A DNA stretch of 40,000 nt from an uncultured Alphaproteobacteria bacterium (GTDB taxonomy: Bacteria; Pseudomonadota; Alphaproteobacteria; Rhizobiales; Rhodomicrobiaceae), in contig CAVWOB010000017.1 of assembly GCA_963756335.1 (NCBI GenBank), positions 205,536 through 245,535 on the forward strand. Reading direction: 5' to 3'. Shown here in pieces: positions 9,901 through 18,800 of this stretch; the stretch's first letter is position 1, and the number at the start of each line of letters is the position of its first letter. Both the position numbers and the translations under genes were made by a program. The notes under the pieces were generated by a model. That model was not told the origin of the DNA. It did no database searches and was given only the letters and a program-made list of their open reading frames with translations.

Positions 9901-10258
9901 CGGCGCCGGCCTGCGTTCGCTCGCCGATGTCGGATACGATGACGTGAATATAACCTTGGGGCGTCTTACGGATCAGGGCTTCGGCGGCAAAACCCGAACC
10001 GTCCTGGCGCTGGAACCGCCATTCGCCCCGAACGGGCTTCCTGTCTCTGGGAAGCAGCTCGAACGGAATGCGCGAAGCCTCTTCGGGGTGCAGCAACGCG
10101 GCCATCGGCCGGCCTGCAAGCTCCTCGCGGCGATAACCCAGCATGGCGGCCAACGCGAAGTTACAATGCAGGACGCGCGCCTGCGGATCGGCGATTATCA
10201 TGCCCACGGCGGCAAAATCGAAAAGTGAGCGGAAGAAAGTATGGTCGTCTTGCAGCAT
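3983..10258 (-). CDS. Giant multi-PAS/GAF hybrid sensor histidine kinase with C-terminal receiver domain
   Basis: 2091-aa ORF. Many PAS modules are separated by AEEALRESEE(L/R)LR linker helices. HisKA box VAHDFNNLLSVI, an HATPase region (DNGVGM..., GTGLGL) and a terminal receiver (LVLVAEDDDQVREM...DVVMPGGMTG). Confidence 0.9.
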   Translation of the reverse strand: MLQDDHTFFRSLFDFAAVGMIIADPQARVLHCNFALAAMLGYRREELAGRPMAALLHPEEASRIPFELLPRDRKPVRGEWRFQRQDGSGFAAEALIRKTPQGYIHVIVSDIGERTQAGAARRDRERRDRYFLNLDERLRTAKTPREMVGIACEAIGLELGAGVAGVGEFRQDSETILAESAWSATGDLESLLGRHPHFPASRITELLLAGGATTVEDTLTDERIAADAGAQAAAKAIGARSGILAPLLREGRPRAFLLVGVTAPRQWTEEEAALARDTLDRVWQAVERARAEEELRLATERFEVALKGSPIAVLSQDLDLRHTWVYNTCFCPSQLIGKTEAEVFERAEDAAASQAIKRKAILTGESQRAEIAVRIGGVDRIYDLLADPLRDRSGKIAGVTCAMIDITARKRAEEALRESEELLRLSMQSTGAAAWRWDVPAGVFIGSPDAYRLYGCGAGAGGPRKFDDWHRRLHPDDRARVDGTALDIFAKRSLEYRDDYRVVFPSGEVHWLDVRANVEYAADGSPLRVSGISLDVTARKQAEEALRQSEELLRLSMRGAGAAPYRWEIKTGEAFGSPESYRLYGRDPNPAKPYRYDDWVGCLHPDERAKTERDLFEAFERGVVEHRTEYRIVLPSGEVRWLDSLGKVEYAEDGSPVRMWGLNLDITERKRAEEALRESEELLRLSVRGAGAAPWRWDIQSDILFGSRESCELYGRDWNCIQPPSSSDWLECLHADDRARAAKSISDVLEKRSSEYRAEYRILRPSGEVRWLDALANVDYAEDGSPLRMFGINLDVTERKQAEEALRESEERLLFCLKSAHAGAWQVDIPAKQLIWSPECCEVHGRDPKLGSPDYDGWLQCIHPDDRVRVEQENLKALIGRIPEFKLEYRVVLPTGETRWLEGLGKVDYAEDGSPLRASGINIDITAHKRAEEALRESEERLRFSLKGAGAAAWQCDIPGRRIIWSEDCCELNGRDPKLGSPGYGEWLDCVHPSDRPKVETLSFHALSKGEPEFKLEYRVPLPSGEMRWVEALGKVDYGADGAPLRISGISLDVTGRKQAEEALRKAEVLQRQKRHELETILAAIPAAVLIAKDAACTEMTGNAAAYKLLQRPPGTNLSKSPPAGEGPSNFDIYANGRLLPFDEWAIRNAVATKRAVTGDEIEIRFVEGGGKFLLGNALPLLDGDGEVRGAVAAFTDITRLKRTEMALRESEERLQFALHAAKSGTWEVDLETGKITASDRPLFLPEGVALKVKNAFTNVYPADRGRLLDALRRTLETGEFVGAEWRVTLPDGSVRWVESRGQPRPVSGKDVISGLVLDITERKRAEIALQESEELLRAIIENVPVPILLSREDRKILLVNPELTKVAGYTPADIPTRDEWEAYAYREHADEIKKRAGALFERWVPSDNGAVWIYTKSGERRLWAIKTAPAGRDASGKRLGVTVALDITERQKSSEDARRSSAMLEAALASMADVVLISDTNGRFIHYNTAFASFHGLETKEARLCALEDRNAAADLFLPSGEYVPPRDWPCPKALRGETAANVEYLIRRRDGEIYCSSNFAPIRDGSGEIIGAVVTARDITDQKSAERRLRESEARLASIIDTAADAIIVVDEKGAIQSANPSCASIFGYGPDELAGRHASILLPPHMRKGLDKFLSGLLGSGGIWEMEAQRKSGETIPLNVAVAEWRDGEGNRFRTAILRDLSERKRNEEALANARRLEAVGQLAGGVAHDFNNLLSVIAGNLDLAQDRIDDETARLLLRRALDAAEKGASLNRKLLSLARKRALRPERLNLNDRVEETAKLLMSTVGEHIAVATDLADGLWTTLADPGEVDSAILNLAANARDALPNGGRIAIATSNFALGATDAAKLSAEAKPGNYVCLSIADNGVGMPESVREKAMDPFFTTKNSGAGTGLGLTSVASFARQSGGFATISSAPGKGCAVRICLPRCLDEAPPAAGPGQEIALGDGELVLVAEDDDQVREMTLKRIEGLGYAVAEARTGPEALAVLASDAPVQLVLSDVVMPGGMTGYDVARWVASNRPDIKVILCSGYNEGDRGGEDRAPVESGVALGKPYTREQLARALRDALAS

Positions 10259-10459
10259 GCAACGCCCCCTGCGCGTTACCGGCGGGGCGCCGCCCAGCCG
10301 GGGCCATCGCAGCAGCTAAGCTTGCCAGCCTCTCCACGGCAAGGCCGATTGCATGGTACAAGGACGAATTTTCGCCGATCGCCCCAAGCGGCTTGCGCGC
10401 AGAAATTGACGGTGCGGAACCGGTCACAACCGGCCCGCCGCCCCGGAGTCCTGCTTATG

Positions 10460-11368
10460 CTACCAGGCGAGCGCGAGCTTCCTTTCGGCGCGGGTGCGCG
10501 GCCTTGCATAGGCGCTGTAGTCGTCCGCCAGCGTCCGCGTGATGTCGCCCACCGTGAAGCGGTAGCCGCCGATCTCGGAGACGGGCGTGACCTCCGCCGC
10601 CGATCCCGTTAGGAAGCATTGCTCGAAACCGGCCATTTCCTCCGGCTGGATCTGGCGCACAACGACTTCGAGCCCGCGGCGCTTGGCGAGCGCGATCACC
10701 GTCTGCCGCGTGATGCCGTTCAGGATGCAGTCCGGATCGGGCGTATAAATGGTTTCGCCCTTCACGAAGAAGACGTTCGCGCCGGTCGCCTCGGCGACGA
10801 GCCCGCGATAGTCGAGCATCAGCGCGTCGGCGTAGCCCAGATCGATGGAGCGGTGCTTCTCGATGGTGCAGATCATGTAAAGCCCGGTCGCCTTCGCGCG
10901 CGACGGCGCCGTGCGCGGATCGGGGCGGCGATAATTCGCCATGCAGAGCCGGATGCCCTTGAGCCGCTCCGATTTGGGGAAGTAGGAGCCCCAATCCCAG
11001 CAGGCCACCGCTAGGTTGATGCGTGCGTTCTTGGCGGCGACGCCCATCTCCTCGGAGCCGCGCCACGCGATGGGCCGGATGTACCCCTCGACGTGGCCTT
11101 GCGCCTTGATGACGTCGCGGCAGGCCTGATCGATTTCTTCGACGCTGAATGGAATTTTGAAGCCGAGGACGTTCGCCGACGCGTGCAGGCGTTCGGAATG
11201 CCGCGTCAGCTCGAAGACCTCGCCGTCGTAGATGCGCGCGCCCTCGAACACGCCGCTGCCATAATGCAGGCCGTGCGTCAGCACATGCACCTTCGCGTCG
11301 CGCCACGGCACGAGCGCCCCGTTCATCCAAATGAAACCGTCTCGCTGGTCATAAGGAATAGGGGCCAT
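10460..11368 (-). CDS. ilvE: Branched-chain amino acid aminotransferase
   Basis: 302 aa. The N-terminus (GFIWMNGALVPWRDAKVHVLTHGLHYGSGVFEGARIY) and the overall length match class IV aminotransferase IlvE. Confidence 0.9.
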   Translation of the reverse strand: MAPIPYDQRDGFIWMNGALVPWRDAKVHVLTHGLHYGSGVFEGARIYDGEVFELTRHSERLHASANVLGFKIPFSVEEIDQACRDVIKAQGHVEGYIRPIAWRGSEEMGVAAKNARINLAVACWDWGSYFPKSERLKGIRLCMANYRRPDPRTAPSRAKATGLYMICTIEKHRSIDLGYADALMLDYRGLVAEATGANVFFVKGETIYTPDPDCILNGITRQTVIALAKRRGLEVVVRQIQPEEMAGFEQCFLTGSAAEVTPVSEIGGYRFTVGDITRTLADDYSAYARPRTRAERKLALAW

Positions 11369-11548
11369 GGCAGTCTCCGATGCTAGCTTTTTGCTCTTGT
11401 CGATAAGGGCTTCGCGCCGCTTTCGGCGCGGCTCCAGGCCTAAAAACGCCCGGAAACGCGAATAAAGCGCTTCAATAGCACTTGCGTCCAGTCAAAAGTT
11501 GTTCTGAGGTGGGTTCACTTTCAACGGAAAAAGGATTGGCGCCGGTCC

Positions 11549-12268
11549 ATGAGCACCGTCCAAACGCTCGATTTCGAAATGCCGCCGCTGCCGGATGACG
11601 CGCCGCATATTCTTATCGTGGATGACGACGAGCGCATCCGCGATCTTCTCGGCGGCTATCTTCGCCAGAACGGCTACAGAATCACCCAGGCCGAAAACGG
11701 CGCCGCGGCCCGTTCGAAGCTCAAGGGATTCGCCTTCGACTGCATCATTCTCGACGTGATGATGCCGGGCGAGAGCGGCTTCGACATCGCGGAATCGCTG
11801 AGGAAAACCTCCGACGTGCCGATCCTCATGCTGACGGCGCGGTCGGAGCCCGAGCATCGCGTGAGAGGGCTCGAGCTTGGCGTGGACGACTACATGCCGA
11901 AGCCGTTCGAGCCGCGCGAACTTTTGCTCCGGTTGCAGAATATTCTCAAGCGCCGGTCCTCGCCGCGCGGAAAACAGGGCGAGGTCTCGTTCGGGCCCTT
12001 CACGTTCAATCTTCGCCGCAACGAGTTGAGGCGCGGCGACGAGCCGATTCGCCTGACGGACAAGGAGCGCGAGGTGCTGCGCCAGTTCGCGGTCGCGGGC
12101 GGGGAGCTTGTTTCGCGCGACGATCTGGCCCGGCTCGGGGACTATGACAACGAGCGCGCGGTCGATGTGCAGATCAACCGGCTCAGGCAGAAGATCGAGA
12201 CGGACCCGGCGAACCCTGCCTATCTGCAGACGGTGAGGGGCAAGGGCTATGTGCTCTACCTGGATTAA
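11549..12268 (+). CDS. ompR: OmpR-family two-component response regulator
   Basis: Receiver domain (ILIVDDDERIRDLL...DVMMPGESG...DDYMPKPFEPRELLLR) plus a winged-helix C-terminus (VDVQINRLRQKIE...TVRGKGYVL). Closely parallels E. coli OmpR. Confidence 0.85.
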   Translation: MSTVQTLDFEMPPLPDDAPHILIVDDDERIRDLLGGYLRQNGYRITQAENGAAARSKLKGFAFDCIILDVMMPGESGFDIAESLRKTSDVPILMLTARSEPEHRVRGLELGVDDYMPKPFEPRELLLRLQNILKRRSSPRGKQGEVSFGPFTFNLRRNELRRGDEPIRLTDKEREVLRQFAVAGGELVSRDDLARLGDYDNERAVDVQINRLRQKIETDPANPAYLQTVRGKGYVLYLD

Positions 12269-12295
12269 CTGGAGGGGTCGGCCATTTCCCTGGGC

Positions 12296-13765
12296 TTGAG
12301 CGATGGCGGCGCGCCCCGCGCGGACGAAGGCGCGGCGCCCGGCGCCGGCGGCAGGAGTTTGACGCCGAGCCGATGGCATTCGCGCGAAAGGCTCTCCGAG
12401 AGCATGTCGGAGCTGGGCGCCCGCCTCGGACGCTTTATGCCGAAAGGCCTTTACGCGCGCGCGCTCATCATCATCATCGCGCCCATCGTCATCCTGCAGT
12501 CCATCCTGACATTCGTCTTTCTCGACCGGCATTGGCAGGCGGTGACGCGCCGGCTGTCGACGGCCACGGCGCAGGACATCTCCATGGTCGCCGCGTCCTA
12601 TGAGCTTCTGAAAACGAAAAGTCCCGCCGAACTCGACCGCCTCAGCGAGATCGCGCGAAATGAGCTTTATCTCACCGTCCGCTTCGTTCCGGGCGATGAG
12701 CTGCCGGCCACGCGCTCGAAGCCATTTTTCGCCTTCTTGGACACCTATCTGTCCCAGGAAATCCAATACAAAATCCATAAGCCGTTCTGGATCGACACGC
12801 TCGGCTCCTCGGCCTTCATCGAAATCAGGATCAAGCTCGACGGCGCGGTGATGCGTGTGCTCGCGCCGCGCGCCCAGCTCATGCCGTCGAACACGCACAT
12901 CTTCATCGTCTGGATGGTCGTGTCCGCGACGATCCTCCTCATCGTGGCGATCCTGTTCCTGCGCAACCAGATCAAGCCCATTCTCGCGCTCGCCGACGCG
13001 GCCGACAGGTTCGGGCGAGGACGGCCGGCGCCGCCCGATTTCAAGGTCCGCGGCGCGCGCGAGGTGAGGCTCGCCGCACAGGCCTTCGTCGATATGCGCG
13101 ACCGCATCGAGCGCCATGTCGAGCAGCGCACCATCATGCTGGCGGGCGTCAGCCACGACCTGCGCACCATCCTCACGCGCTTCAGGCTGCAGCTTGCGAT
13201 GATGCGCGCGCCGCAGGTCGAGGCGCTGAAGCGCGACGTGGACGAGATGCAGCAGATGCTCGAAGACTATCTCGCCTTCGCGAAGGGCGATTCCGGCGAG
13301 AACACGCGGCGCGTCAACGTCCAGCGCGTGCTGGAAGAAGTGCAAGCCGCCGCCGAGACGCCGGGGAAGACCATCCATCTCGACGTTCGCCAGGATCCGC
13401 TCGTGGTCGCCCTGCGCCGCAACGCGTTCAAGCGGGCGATCACGAACCTTGTTACGAACTCCTGCCGCTACGCCGACCACATCTCGATCCGGGCGCTGCG
13501 CTCGCGAGGCTGGCTTACGGTGCTGATCGAGGACAACGGCCCCGGCATCCCCGAGAACAAGCGCGAAGTAGTTTTCAGGCCATTCCACAGCCTCGACGGC
13601 GCGAGAAACCAGAACAAAAAAAGCACGGGGCTTGGCCTCGCCATCGCGCGCGACATCGTAAGGAGCCACGGCGGCGACATCGCCTTGGGCCAAAGCACGC
13701 TTGGCGGGCTGAAGGCGGTCATTCGCATTCCGGCCATGCCCCCAATTGAGAAGGCGGCGGGTTGA
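12296..13765 (+). CDS. envZ: EnvZ-like sensor histidine kinase; the true start may be the internal ATG near 12404
   Basis: Two TM segments, a HAMP region, H-box LAGVSHDLRTILTRFRLQLAMM (compare EnvZ AGVSHDLRTPLTR) and an HATPase domain (DNGPGIP, GLGLAIARDIV). Lies directly downstream of ompR. Confidence 0.8.
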   Translation: MSDGGAPRADEGAAPGAGGRSLTPSRWHSRERLSESMSELGARLGRFMPKGLYARALIIIIAPIVILQSILTFVFLDRHWQAVTRRLSTATAQDISMVAASYELLKTKSPAELDRLSEIARNELYLTVRFVPGDELPATRSKPFFAFLDTYLSQEIQYKIHKPFWIDTLGSSAFIEIRIKLDGAVMRVLAPRAQLMPSNTHIFIVWMVVSATILLIVAILFLRNQIKPILALADAADRFGRGRPAPPDFKVRGAREVRLAAQAFVDMRDRIERHVEQRTIMLAGVSHDLRTILTRFRLQLAMMRAPQVEALKRDVDEMQQMLEDYLAFAKGDSGENTRRVNVQRVLEEVQAAAETPGKTIHLDVRQDPLVVALRRNAFKRAITNLVTNSCRYADHISIRALRSRGWLTVLIEDNGPGIPENKREVVFRPFHSLDGARNQNKKSTGLGLAIARDIVRSHGGDIALGQSTLGGLKAVIRIPAMPPIEKAAG

Positions 13766-13826
13766 GCCACCCGGCCGGGTCGCCGGGAATCCATGACGAA
13801 ACTTGCACGTACTTGGATATGGATCC

Positions 13827-13843
13827 CCGATAAGCCGCGCGAG
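13827..13843. repeat. Left copy of the direct repeat flanking the casposon-like element (putative target-site duplication)
   Basis: CCCCGATAAGCCGCGCGAG occurs at 13825-13843 and again at 28924-28942. Sequence diverges immediately outside the repeat: the left copy is preceded by ggat while the right copy is preceded by the TIR end, and the left copy is followed by the TIR start while the right copy is followed by cctgtc. A 17-bp parse (CCGATAAGCCGCGCGAG) makes both element termini symmetric. Confidence 0.8.
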
Positions 13844-15768
13844 GGGGGAGTGAGGGGGGGCCGCAACGCTCCTGTTTTGCGCACACTTAGCCGCACGAGT
13901 TAAGCGCGCTTTAAAAACTCTCGAAAAATTCCGCCATAAAATCGCGCACACGAAAAACGTGCGCAGAAATTTTCGACAAATCCGAAGCGGTTGTTTCACG
14001 CACACGTTCTGCGAGCATGTGTCTGAGCCTGCGTGTGAAGTGCATGTTTCACGCACGCTTCCCGGCAAGCATGTTTTGCGCAGCGCATGTTTCACGCACA
14101 TAAAATGCGCGCTATAATTTCGGGCAAGTTTTCTGCGCGTGGTGGAAAAGCCGCGTCAAGATGCGCGGCGAGCGAAGTGCATAATATACATGTGAGAGAG
14201 TGTGAGAGAGCTGTGTGTGGCGTGTAATGTGTTCGCGTTGCGCGCGGTAGAATGCATCATGCAAGTCGCGAGTAATTTCGAACAGAAGCAAGAACGCATT
14301 ACTTAAGACGCGTCTACATTTTCGCCTTATGTTGGTCGGGTCGAAAATTGATCAAGTTAATGTGCTGATTTGCATGAGAACAACTTAGCAGAACGTGTTT
14401 AACAGAGTGCTAATTTCGACTTCGGCTGTTGCATTTGGCGCGAGCTGGTGCGGGCCGCGTGAGGCATGCGGTATGCGGCATGTGGCATGCGGCATGCCAG
14501 TTGTTTCACAAGAGCTTGCGTGAAACGCGGCGCGCCATAGGGTTGCGCCGGGCAGGCGCTTTCGGATTGTATACAATCTGTGGAGCATCGCGCCGTCGGC
14601 CAGCGCCGGGCCATCGCCCCGAACGTCGCTGTCGGACTGCGCCTTGCCGCCAGTCTGCATCGCCCAGTCCCTCGCGGCCAACGCCGGGCGGTCGCCTCGA
14701 ACGTCGCCGCCGGTCTGCGCCGCGCCGTCGGTCCGCATCGAGCTGGCGCTCGCGGCCAGCGCCGGGCGGTCGCCCCGAACGTCGCCGCCTGTCCGCGCCT
14801 CGCCGCCGGACTGCATCGAGCTGGCGCCCGCGGCCAGCGCGGGGCCATCGCCCCGAACGTCGCCGCCGGTCTGCGCCGCGCCGCCGGACTGCATCGAGCT
14901 GGCGCTCGCGGCCAACGCCGGGCGGTCGCCCTGAACGTCGCCGCCTGTCCGCGCCTCGCCGTCGGACAGCATCAGGCGGTCGCTCTGAACGTCGCCGCCG
15001 GTCTGCGCCGCGCCGCCGGACTGCATCGAGCTGGCGCTCGCGGCCAACGCCGGGCGGTCGCCCCGAACGTCGCCGCCGGACTGCGACGGGCGGTCGCTCG
15101 CTGCCAGCGCCGGGCGGTCGCCTCGAACGTCGCCGCCGGTCTGCGCCGCGCCGCCGGTCCGCATCGAGCTGGCGCCCGCGGCCAGCGCGGGGCCATCGCC
15201 CCGAACGTCGCCGTCGGACTGCGCCTTGCCGCCGGACTGCATCGAGCTGGCGCCCGCGGCCAACGCCGGGCGGTCGCCCTGAACGTCGCCGCCTGTCCGC
15301 GCCTCGCCGTCGGACAGCATCAGGCGGTCGCTCTGAACGTCGCCGCCGGTCTGCGCCGCGCCGCCGGACTGCATCGAGCTGGCGCTCGCGGCCAACGCCG
15401 GGCGGTCGCCCCGAACGTCGCCGCCTGTCCGCGCCTCGCCGTCGGTCCGCATCGAGCTGGCGCTCGCGGCCAGCGCCGGGCCATCGCCCCGAACGTCGCC
15501 GCCGGACTGCGACGGGCGGTCGCTCGCGGCCAACGCCGGGCGGTCGCCCTGAACGTCGCCGCCTGTCCGCGCCGCGCCGCCGGTCCGCATCGAGCTGGCG
15601 CTCGCGGCCAGCGCCGGGCGGTCGCCCCGAACGTCACCGCCTGTCCGCGCCTCGCCGCCGGTCCGCATCGAGCTGGCGCTCGCGGTCAACGCCGGGCGGT
15701 CGCCCCGAACGTCGCCGCCGATCTGCGCCTCGCCGCCGGACTGCATCGAGCTGGCGCTCGCGGCCAGC
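13844..15768. repeat. Left terminal inverted repeat (TIR-L): ~750-bp unique subterminal segment plus a tandem module array
   Basis: Reverse-complementary to 26886-28925. For 13844-14934 every ORF boundary pair checked obeys x+y=42769 and the mirrored ORF translations are identical (e.g. 14644-14934 + versus 27835-28125 -; 14399-14848 - versus 27921-28370 +). Confidence 0.9.
14598..15768. repeat. Tandem array inside TIR-L: 16 GC-rich modules of 54, 60 or 78 bp
   Basis: 16 copies of the core GGCGGCGACGTTCRRGGCGAYSGCCCGGCGYTGGCC (seen here as its complement, ...gaacgtcgcc...). All six frames are open across the array. Confidence 0.9.
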
Positions 15769-15879
15769 AAGGCTCTTCAGGGTCGTGAACGGACGTGCCG
15801 ATTTTCTCGCGATCCCATACGCGCCGAGTCGGCTTCGGGATCCCAATGCGGTCTTATCCGAGACGGCGGAAGAATTAGG

Positions 15880-18800
15880 TCATGTGTTCGGAAACGTTAA
15901 TTCGCATCGCAGTCCTTCAGGCTCGTAGCGGAGATCGCAATCGCCATCGAGTTCATGTTGCGTAATCTGCCTGATAAGATTGGTGCCGAAGCCTTCGCGG
16001 TCCGGCTGTTTCACAAGCGGGCCGCCGCTTTCCTGCCAAATGAGGCGGATCGTGGCCTTACGTCTTATGTTCAAGCGCACGGAGACCCTGCCTCCATTCT
16101 GGGAGAGTGCGCCGTATTTTGCAGCGTTGGTTACGAGTTCATGAAGGGCGAGATAAGCCGAGAGCGCCTTCCGGGGCGGAAGCTCCACCTTCGGCCCTTC
16201 CACGATCACCCGCGCTGGATCGAAAGGCTGGGTGGCGTCTCGCACAAGCTGCGCAAGGCTGACCGGGGTCCAATCGCGCTTCAACAGCAGACTGTGAGCC
16301 TGCGCGAGCGCGGCAAGCCGACCTTGAAATACGTCCCCGAACTCTTCCAGAGACGCGCTATTGCTTAGTGTTTGCGATGCCATGGCTTGCGCAACGGAGA
16401 GTGCATTCTTGACGCGATGGTTGAGCTCATGCATCAGCAAATTCTGATACGCTTCGTCTTGTTTGCGTTCGGTGATGTCCTCGATCACCAGCAAAATGAG
16501 TTGAGCTTCGTCCACCCTTTGGCCGCTCAGCAGCATGGTCCTCTTGCCGATTGTTTCGAAGGTGTGCTCAACCAGTTGATTAGAAAAGTTTTCAAAGCGT
16601 TCCAGAACAGCGGTCAGAAGCGTGCGCAACAAAGGAATATTCCATTGACCGTTGCCAAGGTCGTAGACGAGGCGATGCAATGTCTGATCTGCGCTCACCT
16701 GAAAGGATTTGTAGAACGCTGGGTTGGCTGAAATCACGCGCAGATCGGGGTCGAGCACCAACAGCGGGGTCGGCACTGCTTCGACGACGCTCTCGGCGTA
16801 ATGCCGGGCAGCCTCGATGGCGGTGATATCGAAGAACGTAACCACCAGGCCGTCAATGCGGTCGTCACGGGTACGGTAGGGTTGAATACGACGGACGAAC
16901 CAACGGTCATTCCTGCTTCGAACCTGTTTTTGGGAAGGCGTCAGGGTGCGGAGCGTGCGCTCGCAATCCGCCGTAAAATCTTCATCCGCCGTTTTCTGGG
17001 AGAAGTCGGAAATTCGACGGCCGATATCGCTCGAGCGAACATTGAATAGGTTGACAACGCCCGGGGAGAACCAGCGAATGTGCAGGTCCCGGCCCAGAAA
17101 GAGCGTGGCCACGTCTGTGCTGCCCAGCAGATTGTCGAGATCATTGGTGCGCTCGTACAACTCGTCCACTTTGGCGCGCAACTGGTTGTTGACGGTGTTC
17201 AGCTCCTCATTAAGGGACTGCAGTTCCTCCTTCGAGGTCTCGAGCTCCTCGTTCGCGGCGCGAAGCTCTTCGTTCATGGACATGATTTCTTCGTTATAAG
17301 ACTTCAGCTCTTCCTGGGAGCGGTTCATGACGTCGGCCGACGTTATGATTTCCTCCCGAAGAAACTTGACCTCCGCTTCAAGTTCCTGCTCGCGCGACAA
17401 GTCTGGCGCGACCTCTGCTTTGCTCGCCATGCCGCTGGCCTTGGCCTCAACAAAACTGACAAGAAACCTGATTTCGCCATCCTGTTTGAGCGGGACAACT
17501 TCAACAAGAACGGGCACTGTTTTGCCGTCCTGACGGAACTGGCCCTGCTCCGTTTGCGGTGCGTTCGTCTCTTTTGCCTTTTCGATGATCCGGCGCAGGC
17601 GTAGGTCCAGTCCGTCGCGCGCCATTGCAAGGAGATCCTGGGTCGGTTCTCCCGATTGCGGCTTAAGGAACCGCTCCGTGGCGCCGTGGTAATAAAGCGT
17701 CTGAAGATTGCTGTCGATCAGAACGGAGGGCGGAGCGTAGCGGCCGGCCAGCGTCTTTAAGGCTTCCTCGGTTCTGCGCACAGGCATGCGTTGCCCTGTC
17801 TCCGGCGCTGGGTAGTTGGAGAGATACCGGCTTCCCCCCTGTGGAGAAGGAAAATCGACGATATCGTGACGGGTTGCACCGAGTTGGCGATAGAGCCGCC
17901 ACTTCTTGGAAATAGTCTCGAACAGGAACTCGGCTCCACCCAGAGACTCGGCGCTCCCGAGAAACAAATATCCCCCCTCGGAAAGAGCGAAATGGAACAA
18001 CCGCAAGACCTTCTGTTGGACCTCAGATTGAAGATAGATCAGAACGTTACGGTAAACGATGAGGTTTAGTCGTGAAAAGGGCGGGTCCTGAACGGCATTT
18101 TGAGGTGCGAATACCACGCATTCCCGAAGCTTCCGCGAGACCGCAGCAATATCGTCTCCGCGCTCGAAATAGTCCCGTCTCAGCTTTTCTGGCAGGAGCT
18201 GCAAGGCGGCTTCGGGGTAAAGCCCTGCCCGCGCTCGGCTCAGTGCGGTCGGCGACGGGTCGGTGGCGAAAATCTCGATGGGAAAGCGCTTCTTCTGAGC
18301 CTTCATCTCCTCCATCAGAAGCATGGCGAGCGAGTATGCTTCCTCGCCCGAAGCGCACCCAGGCGCCCAGGCGCGAAAGGGCTGGTCGGTGTCATGCGCT
18401 GCGATGAGCGGGCGGAGGGCCTCGTCGCGAAGCGTGTTCCAGGCTTCCTGATCGCGGAAGAAACCGGTTACGGCAATAAGCAGGTCGTTGGTAAGGGCCT
18501 GTATTTCCTCCCGTTTCTCGTGCAGGTATTTGACATAAGCGTCCCAGCTGTTCAGCCGCAGCAAGCCGACCCGGCGGCCGATGCGCCGCTGCAGCGTTCC
18601 CGTCTTGTAGTTTCGGAAGTCGATCGAGGTGTTTGCGCGCAATGTCCCGAGGATCGCCTTGAACGCCTTCTCCTTTCCCGCCTCATTTTGCACAGCTGAA
18701 GTATTTGCCTCTTGCTGCTGCTCACCTGCAGCGGGAGAGCGGAGATGCTCCGCGTAGCGTGCTATCGTTGCGATCATCTCCTCCGGAAGCAGCACGGAGT

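Noticed and set aside
4240-10228. Numerous 60-440-aa ORFs on both strands within the giant kinase gene (for example 8381-9691 +, 7244-8149 +, 4316-5329 +).
   Set aside because: All overlap the continuous 2091-aa PAS/HK/REC ORF and lack domains. Their periodic similarity only reflects the PAS-module repeats on the opposite strand.
11492-14101. An 869-aa ORF on the minus strand spanning ompR, envZ and the element's left terminus.
   Set aside because: It is antisense to two well-supported two-component genes and has no recognisable domains. Its N-terminal 90 aa is simply the translated TIR end (an identical peptide is found at 28668-29033 +). It is a typical high-GC shadow ORF.
14598-15768. The tandem arrays next to a cas1 gene might be CRISPR arrays (the same applies to 26,886-28,171).
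   Set aside because: Units are contiguous variants of one 54/60/78-bp module with no unique spacers between them. They are extremely GC-rich and present as an inverted duplicate at both ends of the element. This is TIR-internal tandem repetition, not a repeat-spacer architecture.
14429-15928. Long Arg/Pro/Ala-rich ORFs across the arrays (14429-15928 +, 14580-15788 +, 26880-28340 -, 26732-28189 -).
   Set aside because: They are low-complexity translations of a stop-free GC-rich repeat. They run across TIR boundaries into unrelated sequence and have lower third-position G/C than the outward frame. They are treated as non-coding frame artefacts.
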